DNA of 64,000 bases from Hydrolagus affinis (Eukaryota). Location: assembly GCA_012026655.1 (NCBI GenBank), contig JAAILG010000168.1:62001-126000 (forward strand), given 5' to 3'. Made by a program: the position numbers and the translations under genes. Within the stretch, counting starts at the first letter, position 1. Each line of letters opens with the position of its first letter. Positions 52,088-64,000 of the stretch are shown piece by piece. Below the pieces are notes generated by a model. The model was not told the origin of the DNA. It was given only the letters and a program-made list of their open reading frames with translations, and made no database searches.

Positions 52088-52520
52088 TAATAATCATTGC
52101 ATTTGATATAACATTTTATGACATCGCCAAGATATATCAAAGTGCAAGATTGCATATATATTGTAAATGTACATACCAATTTGCATACAGCAATGTCCCA
52201 CACAGCCTTGTAGTAAGTGGCCAATTTTATTTGGGGCGGTGGGGGAGTGTGGTGTGGTGTGGTGGGGGAGAGGTGTTGTTGGCCAGGACACCAGGAGAAA
52301 CTTCCTTCACTTTTCGAATCGTGTTCATGGGATTTTTAAAGTCCATGTGAACCAGCAGGCAGGACCTCAGTTTAATGCCTCATCTGAAGAATGGCACCTC
52401 CAAAAATGCAGCACACCCCCAGCATTGCATTGGAGTGTCAGCATAAACTATATGGTTTCTAAGCCCTGAATTGGGACTTGAATCCACAACCTTAATGACT
52501 CGGAGGCGAGAGTGCTACCA
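52088..52520 (-). mobile_element. near full-length DeuSINE-like element
   Basis: Reverse complement shows tRNA-like head (tggtagcactctcgcctccgagtca...gtggattcaagtccc), Deu-like core and the shared tail. Confidence 0.7.
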
Positions 52521-53524
52521 GGGTGATAAATTTTTAAGGCAGGTTTTTGAAAGCGGAGGAAAGGGGCGAAGTGGAGAGTTCAACAACAGGGATGTGTATA
52601 AAGCAGTGCATTTTGACAACAAAGGTGGAATGATTTCACTGAGGTGGAGGCCATTGTCTTATACAGACTAAGGAGATCTGTATCAGCCGGAGAGAGGAAG
52701 ATGGGAACAATACCCATCTGTGCAAACTTGGCAAGAAACCAAGTTTCAGTTACACCTACATGAATCAGCACAAGAAGGCAAAGGAATTGCACACAAATGC
52801 TCTCAATTGTCTTTCACACAAAGAACGACCTGTGGAAAATGTCTTAGACTAAATTGATCCTGTTGCGAAATGAGCATGATTTAATCCTCAGATAATACAT
52901 ATTAATTAGTAATAATAACATAACCCTTATAATCTCAAGACTCGTTTTTTTGTTTGTTTGAAGTTCCTAGTTTCCCATCCTTTCTCTAAGGATGGGAATT
53001 TGCACAAATTGATCTGCTGTTGCTGCTTGAAGTGTGTTCATTACCAAACAAAAGTAATCAATTTGTTACATGAGAGGCTAACTACTTAGCAAAACTATCC
53101 TTCATGGTTAAGCCATCATTTTAACAAATAAGCCATTCTTCGTCCAATTCACAGTGAATGCAATAAGGAGATGAGTGATGGAACAGATAAGGGAGCTTCG
53201 TTCTGGCCAAAATATAACTCTCAGCTCCCAACAAAGACCGAATTCATCTTATGCACGAGATGTTTCTGGCTGGCCTGATCCAGTTAATTGCTATCTTCAG
53301 ACAGTCAGAAACAATCAGCAGCATTCATCAATGCTTATTACTGTACTAACCAATTTAATAAAGGTATTAACAATCCCAAATCTTTAATTGCTCCTCATTT
53401 TTCAATAGAAGTAACAAAGATACATTGAAAATAAAATTGAACATGGTTTTAGAAAAAACCTTCAAGATTCCTGAAAATAGGAATTGAGAACAGCAAATGC
53501 TGAAAGTTTCCAGTATGTCAATAT

Positions 53525-53732
53525 AATAATGATGATCCTTGCATCTGGTACTACACCTTACCATGTCATTGAGACATCTCAAAGCATTTCACAGGACTTT
53601 ACTGTGAACTGCAGTGAATGTATGTATTTGTTGATGAATTTGGCAGTCAATTTGCATACAGGAGTAGCACACAAACAGCTGTTGAAATGAGTGATCAATT
53701 TTATTTGGGGGGACTGTTGGCTAGGACACCAG
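53525..53732 (-). mobile_element. SINE 3' half
   Basis: atccttgcatctggta...ctcaaagcatttcacag...cacaaacagc. Confidence 0.6.
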
Positions 53733-55586
53733 TCAAAGGGATTTGAATGAAAAAATTAAATTTTTTTACCAAATACAGCATATCTAAACAGATCTCAACC
53801 CCTGCATCCTCTGGAGTAGGTTTGCTTACATCGTGAGATTTTGTATAGTTTTTTAAAAAAAAGAATGAGGTTCTGATGAAGATTCTACTTTAAACATTAT
53901 TACATATTACCCTTTCTGTTTCTGATGTTGTGAATGCAAATGACTTTCATGGCAACAAAAACATGCCTCAAATTTATTGACCATACACATCCTTACAGGT
54001 ACCTAAACCTATATTAATTGCAATCAATTGGCTTATAAAAAAAAATCAAAAACAGCAATTAAGACAATAGGGTGAAAATACAACATATGATGTGATAATT
54101 ATCATCAGTGAGACATTATGCTCTGCCTTATCCAAATGTAGAATATCTTTAAATATGGTGTTCATTTTATTCACCTAAAAATAGGCAGAGGTGACCCACC
54201 AAGATTCAAACTGAATAATTTGGTCCCAATCAACTGAACGGCCTTCTGCCTGTTTCTTTATTCACATACAACTGCTAAAGGTCAGAGTGAGACAATATTT
54301 AATTCTTAGTAGGCAAGACATGCTGTGAATCTATTTGAACGGATCAGTTTCGAGCCATTAGCATTGAGAGGGAGAAGTTTGTAAATGTCACGGTGTGATT
54401 TGTAATTGAAAGATAATCTGGTATTAATGCTGACATCATCTCTACCGAACCGATTATATTTATTAGTGTAACTGAAAGTACCAGTGGAAGTAATGTTTCA
54501 TTTTTTAGTGCTGTAATCTTTTAAGCCATCTGACAGAATGCAAGCTAATTTCTGTAAGCAGTTATTCAATGGTGTAACTGTATTTAACATAGTTCATCAT
54601 GTGTTAAATTGGGGCCTCAATAACACGGTAACAAAAAGAGTTTTAAAAAAAAGTCACATTTTATTTTTGATCCATGAACATGTGTTATTATAGAAGCTTA
54701 AAATTGTACCAAGTCGATATACACACATTCTCCCAACAGTATTAAGAATAATGGGGTCTGTCAGATCTTGATATAGTAGTTTAAATGTAGCTATGGTTAC
54801 GACGGGGATGAGGGGTTTCAGTTATGCTGAGAAACATGAGACGGCAGAATCAAGGTGAGATCTGAGAATCTTTGGAGTGGACCATTTGTTCCTTTACATT
54901 CCATGAATGCTGACAGTGCTCGGACTCTGTGTCATATACATTGTACAGCATCTTTACACTTCACCAATTTATATTAAATTATGAGCACATTTGTAGCGTC
55001 AACTCGTGTATCAGAAACTGAATTAACTGTGAAGCTTATTTCACTCCAAAGCCTTAAACAGCAGTCATTAGAGAGAATTTTCAATCTACAAACAGCTGGA
55101 TTCTACCCCATGTTACAGAGGAGAAAGGAGATATTGATCATAGAGAATGTAGGAAGATGACAAACTGCCAGCAGTTAGAAAGGAATATGCTATTTTATAG
55201 CATATTGGTGGGCTAATTTAAATTGAAAATCAAACTAAAGCTTAGACCGTTTTTTTATTTTGAGGAGATTAAATAAGATGTGAGCTATCCAGAAAGCCTG
55301 TGGCAATGAGAATGTTGATTCAATGAAACTGGTCCAAAGACATATCGAATATGCAACAACAATAACAACAACTTGCATTTATATAGCCTCCAAACAAGGT
55401 AGAGTCCCAGAGCTCTTCGCAGTGGCGGAGTCTGACAGCGGAGTCTGAATATCAAATGTTACTGAGCTGGTTGAAAACTGCAATGATCCATTTCAAACTG
55501 TTTGATTCTGACTATGTTATCTGTTATTGGTATGAGAATGATCACAGACAGGAGCACTCAATAACTTGTACCCCAGACTTCTTAGA

Positions 55587-55970
55587 AACAACAACAAAAT
55601 TACACTTTTATAGTGCCTTTCGTATCAGCATGACGTATCATGACGCTGGACAGTCATTGTTTCAGACCTGAACTGGGGTTGGGGACAGGGAGGGTGGAGG
55701 GAAAAGGGGTATTTGGGGTGCCCAATGGGACTGTCGAAGAGGAGGGTCTTGAGGCGGGACTTGAAGAAGGCCAGGGAGGAGGCGAGGCGGAGGCACTGCG
55801 GGATGGAGTTCCAGAGGTTGGGGGCAAAGTGGCTGATGGCTTGCCTGCTAATGGTGAGGTCGGGGGACGTGGAGCTGGCCAGAACCTGTTGAGCAGAGTG
55901 GGTGGGCCTGTTGATAGCGGGATAGGAGGTCGCAGATGTAGGGTGGGTCGAGACTGTGGAGGGCCGTGGA
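55587..55970 (-). mobile_element. L2-clade LINE 3' fragment with tail
   Basis: aacaacaacaaaattacactttta tail; gtcgaagaggagggtcttg and ggatggagttccag shared with other copies. Confidence 0.85.
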
Positions 55971-56868
55971 GAAAGACTAGAAAGGAGATTTGTGAAGCAA
56001 TACTAGATATTCTCAGCCAGACAATGAATCCCCTGAGTTGGTTCTAACAGACTGGAAGCAAACAAATGGGGTTCCCATTTTCAAGAATGGTGACGGAACT
56101 ATCCCTATCACCTATAGATTTTGGCTTGACTTCAATAACTAGCTTAGTAATGGAATCAATCATCATATGCAAAATGGAAGAGTACTTGCAATTGTTTAAT
56201 AGACTGTAATTTTGGAGCACTACACGAGTTCCATTAAAGAATGATCAGATGAGATGTTAAACAGAGGTCCTGATTGCCTGTTCAGGTGGAAGGGAGTTTT
56301 TTCCAGTGACCCGGCCATCAATCTTCTAAAATAAAAATTACGCAATCATTCCATAGATGTTTGTGGGATATTATTGGCTGCCATATTCAACCAAACAACA
56401 ACTTGCTTTCATATAGTGCCCCCACCGCACCCCCGCCCCCCACCACCCAGCAAGGTAGCGTACCACACTCACTACTTTATATTATATCCTGTGAGAGGTG
56501 CTTGATCAAACATAACGATTTGTATTATTATTATAAATATAGAAGTTTGATGTTGTGCTGTTATGTTATTTTTGTATTATCAACATATCCACTCAGACCC
56601 ATAATAACATGTTGGTTTGGGACCAGTCATTATTCAGCACTTCCAGATTGATAGATGGTCACTGATGCCAGTTTCTGCGTAAGACCGGCTGCTAATATCC
56701 TGCAGTACATTTCCAGTGTCCAGCAGTTACTGGCCAGTTTTCTGTTATAATATGCACAAGCACAAAGCTATGGGCAGAATGCTGGCAAGTAAGTGCTGGC
56801 CGCTGGGAGTATACAACAATTCCAGTGCTCCACTGGTCTGTGCTGTAAACGTACCATGCTTTACCATA

Positions 56869-58486
56869 CAGTAAAACCTCAATGATCCGTGGCCCATGCA
56901 CCTCCCAGATTTTGGAGTTTGTCGATATTTAGAACCTACCCTAGAAATGATTGGGGAAGCTCTGCCCCATACACCATAGGTGTTGTAAACACAGCACTGA
57001 AGCCGAACAACACTCGAACTCCAACCACAGTGCCGGATAACAGAGAGGCATCACCAGGAACTACTACAACAACAACAACAACAATAAAATTGCACTTATA
57101 TAGCATCTTTCACGGCAAGAGGACGTCCCAAAGCGCTGAACAGTCAGGTCAGGACCCGAGCAGTGGGGAGGGGAAGGTTGGGGTATGGGGAAGGGGAAGG
57201 AGAGTGGGAGAGCAGGAAGAGTTAGTGGGGCAGCCGAAGGCGCAGTCGAAGAGGAGGGTCTTGAAGGAGGAAAGGGAGGAAGCAAGGCAGAAGGGCTGTG
57301 GGATGGAGTTCCACAGTGTGGGAGCAGAGAGGCTGAAAGCCTGGCCGCCAATGGTTGGGCAGTTAGGGCAGTGGACGAGGAGCAGGCCTGAGTCTACTGA
57401 ACGGAGGGTGCGGGCAGGCTGATGGGGAGATAGCAGGTCGGCGAGATAGGTGGAGACAAGGACATGAATGGCCTTGAAAGTGAGGACAAGGATCTTAAAT
57501 TCCATCCTCTGGGTAACGGGGAGCCAGTGGAGACGGGCGAGGGTGGGAGTGAGTGGTCGCGAAGCCTGGTGCGGGAGAGTACACGAGCTGCAGAATTCTG
57601 AATGATCTGCAGCCTGTGAAGGGAGGAGCTGGGGAGGCCTGCGAGGAGAGAGTTCCCGCAGTCGAGCCTGAAAGTGATAAAGGCGTGGATGAGAGTTTCG
57701 GCGCTGTGGGAGGTGAGGTCGTGGCAGAGTCTGGCAATATTGCAGAGGTGATGGAAGGCTGTCCTGGTCATGGAGCGGATGTGGGGAGGAAGGATAGTTT
57801 GGGGTCAAACAAGATGCCCAGGTTCCTGATTGGCTTTGAGAGGTGGAGAGTGCAGCCTTGAACGCTGCTGTTGTCAGCACCTGAGGTGCGGAGGCACTGA
57901 CATGTGCCAGTCAGGAGGGCCTCCGTCTTGTTGACGTTGAGCTATAGGAAATTTGCCCTAAACCAGGACTCAATGTCGGACAGACATGCAGTCAGAACGT
58001 CAGTAGTCCTGGAGTCGAGGGTGGACGCGGAGAGGTAGAGTTGGGTGTCATCTGCATACATGTGGAAATTTACCCCATGTCTGCAGATGATGTCGCCTAG
58101 CTGGAGAGTGTAGAGTGTGAAAAGCAGGGGCCAAGGACAAAGCCCTGGGGAACGCCGCATATGACTGTGTGGGGGCTGGAAGAGAAACCGTTGGAGGAGA
58201 CGAAGTGAAGGCGTTGGTAGAGATAGGACCGGAACCGTTTGAGGACAGATCCTTGCAGGTTGAGGAGGGAGGAGAGGCGGTGGAGGAGGATTGCGTGGTC
58301 CACGTTATCGAAGGCAGCATATAGGTTGAGGAGGACAAGGAGGCAGAAGGAGCCCTGGTCGCAGCTGTTCCGAACATCAGGAGATTTGCCGGACATCAGA
58401 AAAAAAAATACTGTATGTATTTTGAAATCTTGCAGGTTTTAGGGAGTTGACGACTTTCAGAATGTCGGATTATCGAGGTTTTACTG
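56869..58486. mobile_element. Tc1/mariner-superfamily (Tigger/pogo-like) non-autonomous element interrupted by an L2
   Basis: TA|CAGTAAAACCTCAATGATCCG (56869-56889) and CGGATTATCGAGGTTTTACTG|TA (58466-58486), 19/21 inverted match, TA on both sides. Confidence 0.8.
57062..58364 (-). mobile_element. 5'-truncated L2-clade LINE with frameshifted reverse transcriptase
   Basis: LLNLYAAFDNVDH, GVPQGFVLGP, FHMYADDTQLYLS, LHWLPVTQRMEFKIL across different frames; (TTG)n tail. Confidence 0.93.
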
Positions 58487-60465
58487 TACAATACAAAATA
58501 CAATAGAAAATCACATTTGTATAGCGCCTTTCATATAAGGCATGTCATTGAGGGGGTCTAACTATTAAGTTCAAATTCGCAGTATTTTGTAACTGCATTG
58601 GGTAATAAGGAAGCTGGTTAAAATTCCCACAGATGCTCATGGACTTTCCAAAAGTGTCATATAGCGGGAATTCCTGCATGTTGGTCTGACATGCTTCCAA
58701 CTACCAGAAGGAATCCCCATTTGCGCGACTCATATTCTTTCATGAGGAATCCCATTAGAAATATTGCATTAGGCCCAAATGTCAATTTGCTACGCTTAGT
58801 GGCAAATGGAATTGAGTATTTTGTATGCATGAACATCTCATTATGAAAGTGTGGTAATACTGAGCTCTGAAAAGCTGCATAATAAAGTGATGAATAATGC
58901 TATTCGTCATAGCGTTTCACTGCAGAATTAGAATTAATATCCAGTTTATGCTGCTCAAAGTGGCTTGTTACCATTTCTAACTGTAAAGCGATTAGGAGAG
59001 GGAAATCTGATTTATATTTCCTGCATCGGCAGGGGGCTGAGGAGAGCACTGCATGTGGATACTAACTGTAGGGATGGTATATGTAATGACAACAGGAGAT
59101 TAATGTCGGCTCACTGCCAAAGGTCAGTCACTTCACTAAGAGGAGCGTACCCACGTCCTGAACTATCACCACAACTGGAATGACAAGCGTGTAGAAATAC
59201 AGAAACCTTTTCATGTTATTGCAGTACATTTCAGCCATTTCAAGGTTTTATATTTAACCATTGAATAGTTTTTAGAAATCCTGAGTTATTCACTGGCTTT
59301 AATTTTAATACAGTGCCCACTAGGTAAGTATCCAAACATCAGGAAGGTTTATAGATACAGCTGCCAATTAGTTCCTGAATCCCACTCCTTTATTCCATTG
59401 TATTTTCTCTTTTGTGTGAGTCATTTTTGGCTGCTGTAAAATGCTGTGCAGGATTTCTAAAAAAAAGGATAATTCATTTACCTCGCAGATAGCTTAATAT
59501 ATTGATTAAAATAAAATCTGTGCACCACAGATGTTGAGCAGCCGGTCATTCACAGCCTGTCAAACATGATGGATGATCCAGGCAATGACCTTCTCCCTTC
59601 ACTCAATGGTGTATGTCTGGTTATAAACAAAATCTTTTGTTATTAACAAATATGATTCAGTCCACTGTAATTATACAACGGGAATATTAATGAAGTACTT
59701 ATTTAAAATCTATTTGAAGATTTTGATATCATTGCATTTTTAATCCAGTCATCAAGTGAATTTTCTTTCCCTTCCTGGATTGCAAAGCTATTTTAATGGT
59801 GCTGTTACTTCAGAAATAAATGTTAAAGCACCTTCCTTCAGCACTTCAGTATTTGAGACCTCACAAATCTTGTTTGTCAAGCGCAGAGCTTGTTATATTT
59901 ATTTCAATACCAGAAATGCCTGGTGGATAGGTTTTGTGCTATATCTGTGCACAGATGTTGTCCTGAATAATACTGCAGCACACAGCAATGTCATCACACA
60001 ATTGTAAATGTACATTAAAAGATAATTACCATGCGTACTGAAGTAAATAGAAGATAAATATTGACCCTGAATCTCTGTCACAGGTAATTTGAAATAGTAG
60101 GAGCATTCTGTGGCTAATAGAAACAATAAATGGTGTCTATTGAAATGCAATGCTTTGAGTGCCATCGTGTGGTTCAGATGTACAGTGTACACTACAAGGG
60201 TTATTGCTTTGAGAGAAAAACTGCCCAAATATTGAACAATTCTGTGGAAAATATCATTGTAATATTACCATGACAGAATAGGACAAATCTTTAGTGTAAA
60301 ATATTTGTAAAAATATTTTAATGGGATCTTCCTTGTATAATACAATTGACAAATTAAGGTTGAGAAACAGCATTGCACAGCCACAGTATTGTGCCTCCAT
60401 TAATTTTTACTGACTCTGCAGACTATACAAAATGTTTTTTGTTTTACTTACCATGTTACACATTG

Positions 60466-60769
60466 ATAATAATCCTTGCATTTGATATAGCGCTTTTCAC
60501 ATCTTCTCGACGTCCCAAAGAGCTTCGCAGAATATACTGTAAAATGAATTGACTGTATATTTGTGGGCGAAACGTGGCAGCCAATTGCACACAGCAGTGT
60601 CCCACAAACAGCTGTGGATTTAAATGACCAATTTACCATTGTTTTTTTTGAGGGATTATTATCAGGCATGCAGAGTAAAGAACCTTGCCCAAGGTTTTGC
60701 TCTGCCAGGAACTGAACCCAAGTCTCTCACTTGTAAGGTGAGTGCTCTAACCACTGAGCTACAGGATTC
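60466..60769 (-). mobile_element. full-length tRNA-derived SINE
   Basis: Reverse complement of the family at 22812 and 47417 (gtagctcagtggttagagcactcaccttacaag...). Confidence 0.88.
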
Positions 60770-62349
60770 CACATGTTTCCTGCAACTGGAGGTTCAATGC
60801 AGTGCATATGTTATAGAAAAAAAACTCCAAAACAATAGTATTTCTTACATTTGATATCATGCTTCAGAATGCCTTGAAATGTCTCATAATGCTTCACAGA
60901 ATTTTTTAATATGATCACAATGTTGGTTTGGGTGAAGGAGGCATTTGGTTTATTTGATCTCTTACTTCCAAAATACCAACCATAACATATTTCCATCACA
61001 AATGTCTATTTTTACATATGTCCAGTTTTCTGGCATGAACCAGCCTTCCTGTCAACCCACAATCCAATTTTTAATTATCGTCTGGGTAAACATAAACTTT
61101 GTGATGGCTGTCCTGAATTGCCTTTTCCAACTCTAAATAATATCCTCTTGTTCTACTGTTTTAGTGCATGTGAAATATTGTTCTGGTTTTTTTTTCAATC
61201 CCATTTATAATGTTTTATACCTCTATAGGGTCCTTTCTGATTCATCTCCTTTCAGGACGCCTTATAGTGTAGAGCAATTTATTCTTGCTCAACATCACAT
61301 TGCATTACGCAGGCCTAAAAATCCCCAGCTGATTATTGAATGTATCTCTTGCGCAGTTTCCTTGCGAGCACACTTTACCTGAATTGGGCTTCTATTTTCT
61401 AATGTTATTAAAGAGTTATTATGTGTTTTATAACATTAAAATATGGCCTGTGTAAAGTTCTTGGGACATTCAAGGCAGTGAACTCAATGCAATTCGCACC
61501 ACCAACTTTACACCAAGCATCTGCAAAGCACACATCTTGTAAAGATACCTCCTTGAATGGTGCTCCTGCATGCTTTGCACTGCTCAAAGTCCTCCATGCA
61601 CTGTTTTATCAGCAAGTTTCATCAAACTAACAGTATAAAATATTGTTTGGTTCAATATGCTGCAATTGCTGATGGGATTCCCAGTTAACAATTTTCCAGA
61701 TTAATTTCTCATTCATCTTGTGTTGTGTGTGACTTTGCAAAGTATTAAAAATACACACATATTTATATATATTGACCATTTCCCCCATTTGCAGCAGTTT
61801 AATACCAGTTTATATTTTCCCCAATGCCAAATGCAACCACCTCATTCTAAGGGAAAACCAATTATCATTTATTATTACCATTCCAAGAGGTGAGACTAAA
61901 CTTTGCTTTATTAGTTAATGAACTCGCCAGAGGAGTAAATTCAGAATTGACCTTCAGGCTTTATGCTGCTAGCTCTTTCCAGACTTCAAAATTGAACCAT
62001 TTCAAATTTATGCTTATGCTGCGTTCAATTAGTCAGAAAATCACAAGATTATGTTGGAAGTACAAGGTCTGGGACCCATTTGATCTCATCCCTCCAGAAT
62101 ATCCATGCTATCTTCCTTCCATCGCAGCATCAAAGCTGCTTTTTATATCTACCAAGTCTAGATATACTGTATCTAGATATATATCAGCATGTCACCATCA
62201 TCTTTCCGTTTGATATAATGCCATTCACATTGAGAAGATTTTTTATTGTGAAGTATAATTTGGAGGCAGATTCTACACTCAATTGTGTGTTTGTGTATTG
62301 CAATGTGGCACAAATAGCAATGGAATGAATAAGCAATTTTACCTTGGGT

Positions 62350-62593
62350 ATTATTGGCAAGACAAAGAGAGAAACTTGCTTATTTTTTCAAATAAATTCA
62401 TGGGATCTTTAATGTCCACCTAAGAAGTCAATTGGGATCCCAATTTAACATCTCATCCAAAGGACAGCACGTATAACAATGCAGCAAAATCTGTTGGCAC
62501 TGCAATTACTGGAGTGTCAACCTAGAACTATGAGTTCAGGGTCCTGACGTGGGCCTTCTGACTCAGAGTTCTAGCAACTGAGCCAATCTGACA
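62350..62593 (-). mobile_element. DeuSINE-like element
   Basis: catgggatctttaatgtccacct...tttaacatctcatccaaaggacagcac...ggagtgtcaacctaga...ctgagccaa. Confidence 0.65.
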
Positions 62594-62699
62594 GTTAATT
62601 AAGAGACAGCTAAACAGCATGAAATATGGAGCAGACTGTCTGTCCTACGGCTCTATGCAACAAACTCCGTTATTCTTTATACATTTTTTAAAATCTGGA

Positions 62700-62880
62700 T
62701 TTAACCATAGGAGGAAAGGTGCCAAAATTTGCTAACAATACTAAATTAGGGGGCAGCATGGTTAATGAATGTTGAGGAACACAGAATTGTGAGCTGGATA
62801 GACAGTGGCAGATAGATGGAAACGGATATGATGTAAATGTCCAGAATTTAATGTAAAGGGTAAAACAGTGCATTTTGAGG
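62700..62880 (+). mobile_element. CR1-type RT fragment
   Basis: aaatttgctaacaatactaaattaggggg resembles KFADDTKLGG; later W...FNV.K motif. Confidence 0.55.
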
Positions 62881-64000
62881 CATATTTAACAATGTACACG
62901 TAACTACTTCTCAAGATGTGAATGACTAATTTTATTTAGGGGATTATTGGCCAGGACACCTGGAAAACTTTAATGTCCCCTTGAACAGGTTTAACTTATC
63001 TTTCCAAAGGACATAAGTGTCAACCTATAATGTTATGCCTATAATGAACAATGCATTTCAAAATAAATGTAGTTGTTCAGTACTGTGCAGAAATAAACGT
63101 AATGTATACTTTTTGGTGCGGTGAAAAGCCCTTTTTTTCCCCATTTATAATGCTTTTAAATTGAAGCTTTAATGAGATTATCTGCCATTTTATACCATGT
63201 AGTAAATCACATTCCAGTCAACATTTGAGTGGTTATGGCAGTGTGTAAAAGCCAGTTCATCGCAGTAATCTCATGCATTTCTTTCTCATAACTATCATCT
63301 CCATATGGTGATCCATGAAAATTTGCTGAGAAGATGCTCTGAATTTGGCAATAACATGAAGGCTCTTGCAAACTATCTCCGCAACAAGTACATCAGGTGT
63401 GGACATTACTGTCCCCAACTGCAACCACACATCATCCCCTATTGAATATGGGAACGCAAACAAGAAAAAGCAAGTTCGACAAAGTGGCAGTTGAACTTCC
63501 AGAGAAGAGATCAGTGGGATGGCATTGATCAACCATTGCCAGACTGATCCTATTGATCTTACCTGATGCAGCAATAAGTAGTTTAAATGGCCTTAGCATC
63601 TTGGGCACATCTCATTACTATTCAGAAAACTTTGCTGCAAAATGTCTGAGTGTGGATGTTGAATAAGAACCAGATTGAGCTCTTTTTTGCTCCATGGTCA
63701 AAATATGTAGCAATACTCTAAGAAGTGCTTAATTGAGCAAATCCTACACAAATGACACAAGGACTGGGTTAGGTACTTCAGGATTGAATGTACATCTCGT
63801 GCAGGGAGCTCCATTTTTTTTTTTAATGGCATTTCATACCGTGCGTTTCATGTCATGAGGACATCTCTTTACTGTTGAAAAAATAAAGAGAATTATATAG
63901 ATCAAGCAGTAGAGGTTGGGTGATTCTAAGCTCCAGTCCAAATGTGTAACACTCTATTGAAAGTTATGGTACGAAAAAATTCATATATTTCAATTTTTGG

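Noticed and set aside
57165-57215. G-quadruplex-like G runs
   Set aside because: Complement of the pyrimidine-rich L2 3' UTR, present in each L2 copy
57149-57880. 243-aa ORF and overlapping Pro/Ser- or Gly/Glu-rich ORFs
   Set aside because: Frameshifted L2 reverse transcriptase remnants and their antisense frames, not host genes
50600-64000. Exons of a neighbouring gene (pacrgl or kcnip4 expected from mammalian synteny)
   Set aside because: No ORF or splice-bounded segment recognisable; very short exons cannot be excluded

Overview
Vertebrate genomic DNA, most likely from a cartilaginous fish (inferred from the L2, CR1, DeuSINE-like and tRNA-SINE repeat content). It holds the 3' half of a slit2 orthologue on the + strand: 20 constitutive coding exons (281..48716, matching exons 18-37 of a 37-exon human numbering; LRR domains 3-4, EGF1-9, laminin-G and C-terminal cystine knot), all with GT-AG boundaries and one continuous reading frame, followed by a 3' UTR of about 1.5-1.8 kb. 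Two extra exon candidates that the ORF track misses stand out. The first is a 27-nt in-frame microexon (27163..27189, AANLNEVEK) between EGF3 and EGF4. The second is an alternative exon in the last intron (45123..45223) that would replace the cystine knot with a Ser/Thr-rich tail. Introns and the downstream 13 kb contain L2/CR1 LINE fragments, SINEs sharing the L2 3' stem-loop tail, an L2 nested in a TA-flanked Tigger/pogo-like MITE, several perfect palindromes, and repeat-free enhancer-like blocks. Repeat boundaries are approximate; no searches were run.
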